Below are positions 1-14,359 of a DNA stretch of 64,000 bases, piece after piece. Numbering within the stretch: the first letter of the stretch is position 1; each line of letters begins with the position of its first letter. The DNA is from Eledone cirrhosa (taxonomy: Eukaryota): the NCBI GenBank assembly GCA_964016885.1, contig OZ024757.1:8680001-8744000 (forward strand), written 5' to 3'. The translations under genes were made by a program, and so were the position numbers. The notes beneath the pieces are model-generated. The model worked only from the letters and a program-made list of their open reading frames with translations, searched no databases and was not told the DNA's origin.

Positions 1-445
1 TCCACGCTGTAAATGTGGCCGTGTAGGCAACACGGTAAAAACCTCCCAGTCCCACACTGTAAATGTGGTTGGTGTTAGGAAGGGCATCCAGCTGTAGAAA
101 ACCCGCCAGACAGTCCACGCTGTAATGTGGCCGTGTAGGCAACACGGTAAAAACCTCCCAGTCCCACACTGTAAATGTGGTTGGTGTTAGGAAGGGCATC
201 CAGCTGTAGAAAACCCGCCAGACAGTCCACGCTGTAATGTGGCCGTGTAGGCAACACGGTAAAAACCTCCCAGACCCACACTGTAAATGTGGTTGGTGTT
301 AGGAAGGGCATCCAACTGTAGAAAACCCGTCAGACAGTCCTATGCGAGCAAGACAACCACACTTGCCTCAAGTGGGAAAACCCCCGTCCAAACCCATGCA
401 AGCGTGGAACACCGGACGCTAAACCTGATGATGATGATGATGATG
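1..445 (+). mobile_element. 3' UTR/tail of RTE-clade LINE, with a 112-113 bp segment repeated about three times, ending in an (ATG)n tail
   Basis: Units start at 1, 114 and 226 (tccacgctgtaa...aggaagggcatccagctgtagaaaacccgccagacag). The sequence is the reverse complement of the RTE 3' end at 47116-47340. (gat)n tail at ~427-445. Confidence 0.8.
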
Positions 446-467
446 ATCTCTGTATTTGGTTGTTATG

Positions 468-500
<33 letters not shown>

Positions 501-520
501 CTTTGTATTTGGTTGTTATG

Positions 521-553
<33 letters not shown>

Positions 554-705
554 CTTTATATTTGGTTGTTATGTCTCTCTCTCTCTCTATATATATATCT
601 ATATATATCTTTGTATTTGGTTGTTATGTCTCTCTCTCTCTATATATATATCTATATATATATATATCTATATATATATATATATATATATCTTTGTAAT
701 TGGTT
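446..705. repeat. Compound minisatellite: tctttgtatttggttgttatg-(TC)n-(TA)n, about 5 units
   Basis: Directly visible repetition; it generates spurious I/Y/L/S-rich ORFs. Confidence 0.9.
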
Positions 706-798
706 ATGATGGCTCTAGATAAAATATATATATATATATGGTGGCTGCCAACTCGTTTTCGAGTACGGCCACTACTTTATATCCATCTAGGAGAACCC

Positions 799-987
799 CT
801 ACCAATGCGCTGAACGAGTGTGACATTTTAGTCCAGCCAGCGACTTGAAAACTCTGGCACAAACACTACACCTGTGACAATTATTGACACAGTGCTGGGC
901 CCATGGTACCATGTGACGACAAGTGCAGAGATCTCCAGATATAAAGCAATGCCTGTGCCGTGAAGATTTTATAGTGAGCAAAGGCAC
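799..987 (-). mobile_element. C-terminal remnant of a LINE ORF with a terminal CCHH finger
   Basis: CSVCARVFKSLAGLKCHTRSAH* resembles the single terminal C2H2 finger of some RTE-like LINE proteins and lacks a TGEKP linker. Confidence 0.4.
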
Positions 988-1746
988 TGCTCAAAGTCAG
1001 TCCCACTCTCTTAACCAAGATGATATTTACCAAAAAGAAGAACAAGTCAACATCATTGGATACCATCAGGGTTGCAGGTGTTATATCAGAGTTTTCCTTC
1101 TCCTATAATTCTGTCTTGACAAAGGCTAAGGGGTCATCTCTCCCAGTGATTTTGGATGGCTATTGACTCTTAAGAGCCCCTTTGCCTTTTGACAGGTTTT
1201 GTTTTTAGTCCTGCAGGATGTCCAAAGTCACCCTCCTCACCAAGAAACCTTGGTGGGGTTGCCAGTTTAGTCGCCAACGACCCGACCATGGGACATGTTG
1301 TACTGGGATACATGTTACCAGTAGCACCAGCTGGTGACCTGACTCATATATGTATATATATATGCCTGGTGGTCATCGATCTGTACAGTTCGTTTGTCTA
1401 CCAACATATCAGGAAAAAATTATACATTTTCTCTGTATTTTCTCCAAGGAGAACATGTGTTGCTTCCTGTTATACATAAAACTTTGCATCTTCGAAATAT
1501 ATATTATGAAATAAATAGAGATGCTATATATATCGTCCGTTTATTACTAATATTATATATATATATATATATACACACACACATGCATATGCCATTATAG
1601 TTTATTGTCACGGCAGGAAAACCTTTAATTATAAGTTTACCTGACCATACCAACATGGGACTTAATTTAAGCCAGGCGGTGTTGTCTCCCTTAGCACTAA
1701 TCACTGAATTAATATCCAGTAACGTCTGCTTTTCTTCTAGGTTTAG

Positions 1747-1940
1747 TTAAGCCTTTATCATTAACGTTACTCTATATTTACTGTCATATTTTCTCAGTAA
1801 ACATAATTATCTCACAAAATATTGAATCTATGAGATATATTTTGGGAACAATACCTTAACATCAGCATGAGCGGCCTGTTAGGGCCAGTTAGAACAGAAA
1901 ATGTCAGAGAATTCTGGCCAGATACGGACGGTTTAAATAA
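1747..1940 (-). mobile_element. Degenerate copy of the piggyBac-type MITE at 28124-28344
   Basis: Has a ttaagcctttatcatt end. attctggccagatacggacggtttaaat is the reverse complement of the MITE's atttaaaccagccata...agccagaat. Confidence 0.5.
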
Positions 1941-2197
1941 ATGATTTAATAAATAACAGCTGTATTGAAACACTACTGTGTTGTTCTGAGATGATTTCAG
2001 TAGAATTTCAAATGGTAGGACAAATATATTCTACATTTACTTTAATATAGATTTAAACAAAGATGGTAGAATGACAGAATTGGTAGAGTGTCAGATAACC
2101 TACCATTGCAGTATTTGTCCTGGTTTTTAATATTGTGAGTTCAAATCCCACTGAGGTGAATTTTATATTTTATTCTTCTAGACTAGATAAAATATAT

Positions 2198-2532
2198 TAA
2201 GGTTCTTGTTATTGAGGACAGTTCAGGTGACAAGAGAATTAATATTCATAATTACAAAAGATGAAGGTTAATATATATACATATATATATACATACATAC
2301 AGTGTGTAGGTATGAAAGAGAGAAATAAATAGACGTGTGTGTAGGTGTTGTAATAAATCAAGATATTTCACTTCAGATAGAAAAGTTCACAATGTTTGTG
2401 TTGTGGTGGAAAAGGAAATAATACGTACTTTAGTTGTCAAGACCAAATATAAAGTCAAGAAAAGTTAGTAAAAACTAAATGTTCACCGATTTCTGATTAA
2501 AATAATATTTTCCTGTCCTGTAAAATGTTGAA
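2198..2532 (-). other. Orphan copy of the ZNF 5' leader, including the putative splice acceptor
   Basis: Near-identical to 5297-5648, 38998-39248 and 53071-53422, but no ZNF coding sequence follows it. Confidence 0.75.
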
Positions 2533-3012
2533 CATACTTATATTGAAGTAACAGCCGTACTAAGAGTGAGAAATGAAATTTCATGTTTTTCCATTTATCG
2601 CTTTAGGTGCGCCCGGCCAACTAACTCACTCGATATTCAAATTAGGCTGCTCAGCCATTAATATGCATAAGGAAAGTATATACTTTCAGACGTTCAATCA
2701 GTTGACAGGAAGGTATACAGTGTTGATGACAGCTAATAAGCTAGAAACTAGTTCATCGTTCCTTTGTCAGTGTTGAACAAAAGGGCAACGATGGTTGCCG
2801 AACACTGTACGGCTTAATTCGGGCTGTTTGTTTACAAACAAACCGAGCATTATAATAAATATTTAGTAAACCCATACGTACATATATATATATATGTGTG
2901 CATGTATGTATGTATATACATACTACTGTACGTTTGAATACATATATGTATGTACGTATACATACTTATATTTAAGTATCAGCCGTACTAAGAGTGAGAA
3001 ATGAAATTTCAT
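2533..3012 (+). mobile_element. Penelope-like non-coding remnant (family C) with a decayed hammerhead at ~2718-2760 and a ~50-bp direct repeat at both ends
   Basis: catacttatatt.aagta.cagccgtactaagagtgagaaatgaaatttcat at 2533 and 2961. Core reads TTGATGA-cagc/gcta-GAAA-CTAG. Inverted homologue of 9467-9865. Confidence 0.55.
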
Positions 3013-3079
3013 TTTTTCCAATTTCCAACATATTTCAGCATAATAAATGTTCATTCATATATATTATTATTTCATGGCC

Positions 3080-3300
3080 TTCTTGAGATCATTAATCCCC
3101 AGTAGAACATCCCTAGACATCTGATCTATGTAGGTCATTTTCAGTCATCCCACTAGGGTCTTACTATGTTTAGGTATCCATCACAGGAGCCAGCTTATCA
3201 GGTCATCCCTTCTTTGGTAGGAATGTCTGGCATATCTTGTCCTTTGCTCCGTAGATATTGTAGTAATCTTCAATATATGGCAGTATACTTCTTCCATTTG
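3080..3300 (-). mobile_element. Old RTE-like LINE C-terminal fragment (also at ~37425-37640 and ~50915-51135)
   Basis: Minus-strand translation YARHSYQRRDDLISWLL*WIPKHSKTLVG*LKMTYIDQMSRD resembles the RTE C-terminal LLLWxPxHG..GRP..TYIDQL motif. Confidence 0.55.
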
Positions 3301-3319
3301 ATAGAGTATATATATATAG

Positions 3320-3765
3320 ATGCATATGAAGGATGACAGCTGCATTAAAAGGTGCAGAGCACTAAATGTCGCCGGAAGCCATGGAGTGGGGAGATCCAGG
3401 AAGACCCGGGATGAGGTGATAAAAGCTGACCTTGCCCAATTGCACCTCTCAAAAGCGATGATGCAGGACGGTGCCCTCTGGCATCATGCAGTAATACAGA
3501 AGACCTGACTTCACACGGCTACAAGTCGAAGCTGAAGCATATAGACAAATAGTCCCTATCACCACCCACTGCAAAGTGGTCAACAAAAAAACACCCAGCC
3601 CCCAGAGTAAAGTGGCTGTGTAGGTACCATGGTTAAAAAAAGCACCTAGCACACACAGTAAATGAGGTTTTGTGTTAAGAAGGACATCAAGCTGTAGAAA
3701 TCAAGCCAAAATCAGTTCCCGTACGAGCAAGACGAGGTCACATGACGTAAAACGGTGATGATGAT
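3320..3765 (+). mobile_element. RTE LINE 3' fragment (RT C-terminus plus 3' UTR); copy at 51156-51600
   Basis: ORF MHMKDDSCIKRCRALNVAGSHGVGRSRKTRDEVIKADL matches the end of ORF 47537..47938. (gat)n tail at ~3755. Confidence 0.8.
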
Positions 3766-3849
3766 AAGTATAAGATAAGGATTTTTCAAGCTTCACATTT
3801 TATATTCTTCCTTCCAGAGTGTGTCTGTATATGTGTGTTTCACATTTCA

Positions 3850-4943
<1,094 letters not shown>

Positions 4944-5834
4944 ATTTCTAGCTAGTGATCTTTACATAAAGGATTCTCACCACTTATACTTATACATTAA
5001 GAAATGTAGGTATCGTTAATAGATGCCATGTATTTTAATATACAAAGGTTCCATAAAAGACTGCAGAAGTCTGCTTTCTTCTTCTACAAGTTGTAATGTA
5101 GCATTTAGTTGGTAAAGCAATAAGACATGTGACAGTGTAAGACTGATCTTGGATGAAGAAAAGGCAAGTGCTTATATATATGTGTGTGTGTGTGTGATTA
5201 TTGTGGAATATACCACTATTATTATTGTTAAGGTGAGAGAAGCTCTATTCACAATAACATCCTCAGCTCATAAAACAGACGAATAAGACTTCTATAGTTA
5301 AGGTTCTTGTTATTGAGGACAGTTCAGGTGACAAGAGAATTAATATCCATCATTTCAAAAGATGAAGGTTAATATATATACATATATATATACAGACATA
5401 CAGTGTGTACGTATGAAAGAGAGAAGTAGACGTGTGTGTGTGTAGAAATATGTGTGTAGGTGTTGTAATAAATCAAGATATTTCACTTCAGATAGAAAAG
5501 TTCACAATGTTTGTGTTGTGGTGGAAAACGAAATAATACGTACTTTAGTTTTCAAGACCAAATATAAAGTCAAGAAAAGTTAGTAAAAACTAAATGTTCA
5601 CTGATTTCTGATTAAAATAATATTTTCCTGACCTGTAAAATGTTGAACAACCACTTCAATATTTAATAATACAGGTGATAAAACAACAACTATCAGGTAA
5701 ATAAGTCACCTTATGTTATTTACAAACATTAACGTCCACCTTAATATGAAATAATCACCATAAAAGATAAAATTAGATGAGGTTTAAGTTGTAACAATGG
5801 AGCTGATATAAATGGTAATATTTCACCGTCTAGT

Positions 5835-6458
5835 TGACACCGGTGTCATGATTTAAAAGTCCCCCACATAATTTAATACATTCAGAAACAACTTCCGTTA
5901 TATTACTTCACATCTTCAATCTATATGTTAGTTCTTTATTCAGATTTGTATAAATAACATTATTAATTTTACATAGTTGTTTATATTAAAACAAAACACA
6001 ATATAAAAGGTAATAAAATATTTAAGAAATGGAAATGTAACATAAATGTGGATATAAGTTGTAACGATGGAGCCACTGTAGATAACTTTCCACTGTCTAG
6101 TTGACACCGGTGTCATGACTTGAAAGTCCCCTACATAATTTAATACATTCAGAAACAACTTCCGTTATATGAACTAGCAGAAAACTACCTTCGGGTGATT
6201 TTCTGCTAGCATGTGTAGTGTGTATATTGATATTATACACAAGTATATATACATGTAGATATGATACATCAAATAAAATCGTAATTGACAATATATAATA
6301 CACAGAAATTGAACGAAGACTGTGTTACACTGTCTTATGTAATCAGTAACGTAATCCATGATACATTAAAAAAGACGATATTATATATAAACTGCATTAG
6401 GAGAAAATTAGTGACAGAAAATTAGTATGTTTATTGAAGCGATGACCAACCGGAAGTG
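5835..6458. promoter_or_regulatory. Putative ZNF promoter/upstream region: ETS motif ACCGGAAGTG and a duplicated TGACACCGGTGTCA palindrome
   Basis: ACCGGAAGTG at 6449-6458 (also 37160, 39951, 54225). Palindrome at 5835-5848 and 6102-6115. The region lies upstream of a conserved ttttacag|G acceptor at ~5633. Confidence 0.35.
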
Positions 6459-6819
6459 TTGACATTTCAGAAATTTTAAAGAAGTGAATCTTTAAATAAA
6501 CAAAATATATTTAATCAACAGCCACGAAATTTAGTAGATAAATTATGTAATATTCATTCATTATTTATTCAAACTAATCCAACTTATTTTACTAATGGGA
6601 CAAACAATTATAAACCGTACGCAGTCCCACGCTCCTCCTTTTATTATAGTTTAGATTCATACGTTCAATAGATATGCTAGTACTTTATTCAGATTTGAAT
6701 AAATAACGTTATTAATGTTATATAACTGTTCATATTAAACCAAAACACATTATTAAAGGTAATAAAATATTTAAGTAATGGAAAAAAACAAAAACGAATC
6801 AAACAACGAAAATAATTGT

Positions 6820-6995
6820 TTCTACTTTTGGCACAAGGCCAGCAATTAAAGCAGTGTATTACTGGTACTTCATTTTATTAACCTCGTAAGGATGAAAGGC
6901 AAAGTTAATCCTCGCGGGATTTGAACTGAGATCATAAAGGGAGGAAACTCTATGCTACAAAGCATGGCGTCTGACGCTCTACCGATACTGCCAAT
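6820..6995 (-). mobile_element. tRNA-derived SINE (further copies at ~2080-2190, 16670-16820, 36380-36730, 40320-40480, 50435-50745, 54590-54770, 59490-59845, 61890-62080)
   Basis: Minus strand shows an A-box-like TGGCAGTATCGGT, a B-box GTTCAAATCCC, then a conserved central domain actttgcctttcatcc...taaaatgaagtaccag. Confidence 0.75.
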
Positions 6996-7779
6996 GCAAC
7001 GAAAATAACGGGAGAGGGACAGACTTTATATTTCAGTCTGAGCTGTGCTTCAGCCCCACCCTACAGACAAAATGGCAAAGGTGTTACCACAGAGAATAGC
7101 CAGAGACACCCACTACAACATCCACCCCACCTCATGGGACTACTTCCTCAAGTAGGCTGCCGTCTTTCTAATTTTGAGAAGGAAATCAGCAGTGTGGGGA
7201 CAAAGAGGAAGTGGTTTGTCAGGCCCCAGTATGTAACTATCTCCCTCTTCTCTCTATTGCAGGTAGTAAAGCCTGGGTTTGTGGCTGCAGGGAAAATGTT
7301 GGAGGCAGAGAATGATCCAACCCATGCTAAACCTCCAACTAAAGCTGATACTTGTCTTTTTCAGCTGTGGAGATTAGAGACATGTGGAATGATGTGTCTT
7401 GCTTAAGGACACAATGTACCTCCCTAACTGACAATTGAAAACATGATATTACCATATGTTGTATGGCTTCACTATACAATATATATGTGTTTGTATACAT
7501 ATATATAGTATATATTTGTGTGTATACATTGTCTCATTCCATGAGAGTAACTTGGTCAGCCTTTGAACTCCTCATCCGACCCTTCTATAAGTATATACAT
7601 GTTTGTCAGTGTGTGTGACATATGTATATAGAATATTGTCACAACTACTATATACACCACATATACACTATATATAATATTGTCCAATATATATAGACTA
7701 TATGTCATGTTGTCCAAGGGAAAGGCTGATATAGATCAGCACCAGTGACATTACAACTATTATATACACTATATATCAA

Positions 7780-8610
7780 CATCATCATTATCATTTAACG
7801 TCTGTCTTCCACGCTAGCATGGGTTAGACAGGAGGTGTCCCACTTGAGGCAAGATTGATCGGGTGACCGTGTCTCGCTCGTATAGGACTGTATCTGGCAG
7901 GTTTTCTACAGCTGGATGCCCTTCCTAACACCAACCACATTTCCAGAGTGGACTGGGAGCCTTTTCGTGATGACACCTATACGACCTCTTTAGTTTGGAC
8001 TGGATGTTGTAGTACCAACATAACTTTACAGAGACAGGGTGGTGTTGGTGGGAGTGGGAGGATGCAGTAGGGTGGTGGGTTGGGTGTATATTTGGTTAGG
8101 AGGGGCCTACTGACTGTAGGTTAACTTTACACATAGGGAAGGCAGGTCTTCTCTGTTACTGTGTGGTGCCATAAATCTCAATCCAGTGACATTGTCTAAG
8201 AGAGGTGTAAGTGTGCAAGGTTGGATTTTATGTCGTCCCAGGTTTTTCTGGGTCTACCTACTCCGTAACTTCCATCAATTTTGATCACCCTGCACTTTTT
8301 TATAAAGCTGTCATCTTTCATGCGCATCACATAACCATACCAATGTAATCTTCTCTCAAGTAAACAGCATCTGATCCCTCTTATTCCTAATTCTCACTTA
8401 GTTTGTTTATGTTTTGCCGTTCATGTATCTTACAATTACACATCCAACAGAGCATGCATGCTTCGTTCCTTTCCAATCTGCGCAGGTCCTCTGTACACAA
8501 TGCCCGTGTTTCACTGCCATGTAACATTGCTGTTCATATGCAGGCATCATACAACCTGCCTTTCATTTTTAGAGAAACTGTTTGTGTCCAGCAGCGGTAT
8601 TAGCTCATTG
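7780..8610 (-). mobile_element. 5'-truncated RTE LINE (RT C-terminus plus 3' UTR)
   Basis: Homologous to 55548-56375 and 41265-42100; it shares its truncation point with the 41-42 kb copy. Confidence 0.85.
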
Positions 8611-8611
8611 T

Positions 8612-9040
8612 GACATGTGAGAGAAACCATTTTCTTTGAATGTTACATTAACTACACACAAACATATACAGGAGAGGAACTATATCACTATGATGTCTGT
8701 GGTAAATGCTTCTCTAAATTCTGTGACTTTACTACACACTAACATATACAGGAGAGGAACCATATCACTGTGATGTCTGTGGTACCTCACTCTCTAAATG
8801 TTGTGGCTTCACTACATACTAACATATACAGGAGAGGAACCATATCACTGTGGTGTCTGTGGTACCTCACTCTCTAAATGTTGTGACTTTACTACACACT
8901 AACATATACAGGAGAGGAACTATATCACTGTGATATCTGTGGTACCTCACTCTCTAAATGTTGTGGCTTCACTACACACTAACATATACAGGAGAGGAAC
9001 CATATCACTGTGATGTCTGTGGTACCTCACTCTCTAAAAT
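8612..9040 (+). repeat. 80-bp tandem repeat (5 units) derived from a C2H2 finger
   Basis: Units at 8661, 8741, 8821, 8901 and 8981. aacatatacaggagaggaaccatatcactgtgatgtctgtggt corresponds to a decayed [13 protein letters not shown]. Confidence 0.85.
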
Positions 9041-9714
9041 TTGTTTGCTTTTAAGAAACCACTGGTAAATGAAATAATTGCCTTATGTTATTTATTACAT
9101 AACTATTAAGCTCTGTTACCTACATAGAGCACTCTTTTTTCCTGGACTTTTCCGACGGAATTACTTCACATATATACATATATATAAGCATGGCTTCATT
9201 GGAAATTTAAGACGCTGGTCTGAGACTTTTACTTCCCCCCGAAGAAGAGATATTATCTCGAAAATTAAGGACATTTAAATAAATTCAAGGTGAAAGACGA
9301 ATTCTCATCAATATCTCTCACTATTGCATTCTTTTTCTATGTCCATATCTGCATTGTCTGGCCTTATTACACATATTCTAACGTTTATACCTCATTACAC
9401 AATGCTTCAAGTGAACTATAACCTCCTCCATATATATATATATATATAAACGAAAAAAATGAAACAAAATTTCATTTCCCACTCTTAGTACGGTTGTTAC
9501 TTAAATATAAGTATGTACACGTACATACATATATGTATACAGACGTACAGTAGTATGTATATATATATACATACATGCACACATATATATATATGTACGT
9601 ATGGATTCACCAAACATTCATTACAATGCTCGGTGTGTTTGTAAACAAACATCCCGTATTAAGCCGTAGTGTCCAGCAACCATCGTTGCTCGTTTGTTCA
9701 ACACTGACAAAGGA

Positions 9715-9757
9715 ACGCTGTACTAGTTTCAAGCTTGTTAGCTATCGTCAGCAACGT
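9715..9757 (-). ncRNA. Minimal type-I hammerhead ribozyme motif (family C) within a Penelope-like remnant at ~9467-9865
   Basis: Minus strand: ACGTTG CTGACGA tAGC-taacaa-GCTt GAAA CTAG TA CAGCGT. Stem I is fully paired (one G-U); cleavage triplet GUA. Confidence 0.7.
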
Positions 9758-10673
9758 ATACCTTCCTGCCGATATGCAAATTGGGCTACTCAGCCATTAA
9801 TATGCATAAGGAAATTATATACTTTCGGACGTTCAACCATCTGGCAGGAAGGTATACGTTGCAATTTGTATATAATAGGGGTTAATTTGAAGCAGAAAAT
9901 GTTGGGGACCAATTAAGACAACAAATCGTCCTTTTTATTTTATAACAATTATTATTATTATTATCATATATATATATATTTTAGTCAACTTTGCTCCTCT
10001 CCTAAATCTGCTGCTCTTGAGCCTAATTTACAAATCAATAGAGATTTAACTAGTTTTAGCAAATAATATTTGTTGTTTCATATTTCTTGAAACATTTCTT
10101 ATAATTGACTGTGACTAACAACAATCAGTAAACTATACCATCAATACCCCCCAATGATACAGACCTGCACAGTGTGGAAGAATTCTCTCAGGCATAGAGA
10201 ACACTAGGTACCAGTTACCTTGTGGTCCCAGGAGAGGACAGAATGGTGAAAGGGGGTTACCCTGGAGGACAGCAAGTGAGATGTGTTGAAATAGCTTTTA
10301 AAACTTGTGGGGCTCTCACCTGTGTGTGGCCAACTCCACCCTGATAACAGTAGGGAGCTGATATAGGGACCAAGTCTGACAATTGTCTCCACCACTATAG
10401 TTTAACAAGACACTCCTGTGTGTGGCTAACTCCACCATGATAACAGTTAGTAGGGAGGTAGTTTAGGGACCAGAATGCCAGAAATCTCCATTACTACAAC
10501 TTCAACAACAAACAACTAATACTTCAACAGTTTGTGATCTTTTGTGACTAAGTTTTAATTTTTCTTGTTACTTTAGGGAAACAATGATATCAACAAATTT
10601 CTAAATTTCAGTTGTAAAATATACAAAGAGTGATAGAATTTCAGTCATTTTAAACAACATTGAAGTGTTTGTT

Positions 10674-11460
10674 TTAGATGTATTAAAACTGCTTACAAGA
10701 TGGTATCATTACATATGGTGTTAATAACAGAGATTTAGATGGGTGTTAGATGTATTAAAACTACTCACAAGATGATATCATTACATATGGTGTTAATAAC
10801 AGAGATTTAGATAGGTGTTAGATGTATTAAAACTACTCACAAGATGATATCATTACATATGGTGTTAATAACAGAGATTTAGATAGGTGTTAGATGTATT
10901 AAAACTACTTACAAGATGATATCATTACATATGGTGTTAATAACAGAGATTTAGATGGGTGTTAGATGTATTAAAACTACTTACAAGATGATATCATTAC
11001 GTATGGTATTAATAACAGAGATTTAGATGGGTGTTAGATGTATTAAAACTACTTACAAGATGATATCATTACGTATGGTGTTAATAACAGAGATTTAGAT
11101 GGGTGTTAGATGTATTGAAACTACTAACAAGATGATATAATTAAATATGGTGTTAATAACAGAGATTTAGATGGGTGTTAGATGTATTAAAATTACTTAC
11201 AAGATGATATCATTACATATGGTGTTAATAACAGAGATTTAGATAGGTGTTAGATGTATTAAAACTACTTACAAGATGATATCATTACATATGGTGTTAA
11301 TAACAGAGATTTAGATGGGTGTTAGATGTATTAAAACTACTTACAAGATGATATCATTACATATGGTGTGAATAACAGATTTAGATGGGTGTTAGATGTA
11401 TTAAAACTACTTACAAGATGATATCATTACATATGGTGTTAATAACAGAGATTTAGATGG
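10674..11460. repeat. 72-bp minisatellite, 11 copies
   Basis: Unit ttagatgtattaaaactacttacaagatgatatcattacatatggtgttaataacagagatttagatgggtg, from 10675 at 72-bp spacing (one 70-bp unit). Confidence 0.95.
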
Positions 11461-11679
11461 CAAAATAACAAAAAGTTGAAGTTACAGACTTGATAAATTC
11501 TTTAAATATAATTCTTTTATTAACAACAAATAGAATGAAATTTAGGTCATAAATACTATTTACAAAATTAATTATGAAAAATTAATAAATTGTTTACAAA
11601 ACAATGAAATCAATAAAAAAGAAGAAGAAAAACAAGTAAAACTACTCCTCCAATTACTCTAACAGAGAATGTTGGTGTT

Positions 11680-13379
<1,700 letters not shown>

Positions 13380-14184
13380 AGTAATTCTTGAAGAATTCTT
13401 CGAAGTTCTGAAGATATATTATGACTGTGTAAGACAGATGTTGGTATAAGAAAGTGTAAGAGAGAGTGTGTGTGTGTTTGTGTCTTAATAAATGAGGATT
13501 GTTCACCACGGAGTGTAGAAAAGTACACAATATCTGCTGTGTTAACAATACAAATAATACGTACTTTATATTTCAAGTCCAAGTGTAAAGTCAAGAAAGA
13601 CCAGGGAAGCTAATTGTTCAGATGTTGGTGATTTAAACCTATTTCTCACTGTCCTGTAAAATGTAGAACAACCAATTCACGATGTGGCGTAGTTTCTCAT
13701 GAAATGAAATATTTAATCATGTAGGAGATGGAACACCTACCCTGGAACATGTAGCTCACTCTATGTTATCTACAGAATATTAACTTTCACCTTAACATGA
13801 GATAATTGCTATACAAGATATAATTAGATTAATTAAAGTTATAATTAAGATAGCAGGTACGTGGTATCGTTGACAATGTTTCCCTGATCATAAATAAAAC
13901 CGGTGTCATACGTTAAAAGTCCCTGACATAATTTAAACCTTTAGAAAGACCTTCAGTTATATCAATTAACTCCATCAATTGTATCCAACCCCTGGTGAAA
14001 CAAACAACATCTCCCAGTAAAATGTTTATTACGTAACAACGAGGGAGTCTCTTACCTGGTTACTTGACCTGGTAGAAATAGCAGCCAAAAACCCTCTAGC
14101 TCTAAATAAATATACATCGGCCATATACTGCAATTTAGTCACACATAATCACACACACATGTATGTATATATACATACACACAC

Positions 14185-14235
<51 letters not shown>

Positions 14236-14359
14236 ACGTGATGGTCACAGCTGGAACAACTTTAAATAAACGATTATTCAATCATACTAACGCGAGATTT
14301 ATATAAAGCTAAAGTGGAGTTATCTCCCCTGGTAGTTTACTACATCATCCTTATCACTG

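Noticed and set aside
287-722. Hydrophobic ORFs at the window start and in other (TA)n/(CA)n regions (e.g. 24057-24476, 45822-46043)
   Set aside because: Microsatellite translations.
6900-6995. tRNA gene
   Set aside because: The A/B-box-like motifs belong to SINE heads, and no cloverleaf forms.
7134-7406. Conserved 90-aa ORF present three times (40623, 54906)
   Set aside because: Conservation is explained by recent segmental duplication; it overlaps SINE-like sequence and has no recognisable domain.
9230-9280. Possible additional hammerhead (ccgaaga-agagat/atctc-gaaa)
   Set aside because: The core is mutated and there is no credible stem III/UH or stem I pairing.
10674-11460. CRISPR-like array
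   Set aside because: Contiguous near-identical 72-bp units with no unique spacers, no cas genes, and a eukaryotic context.
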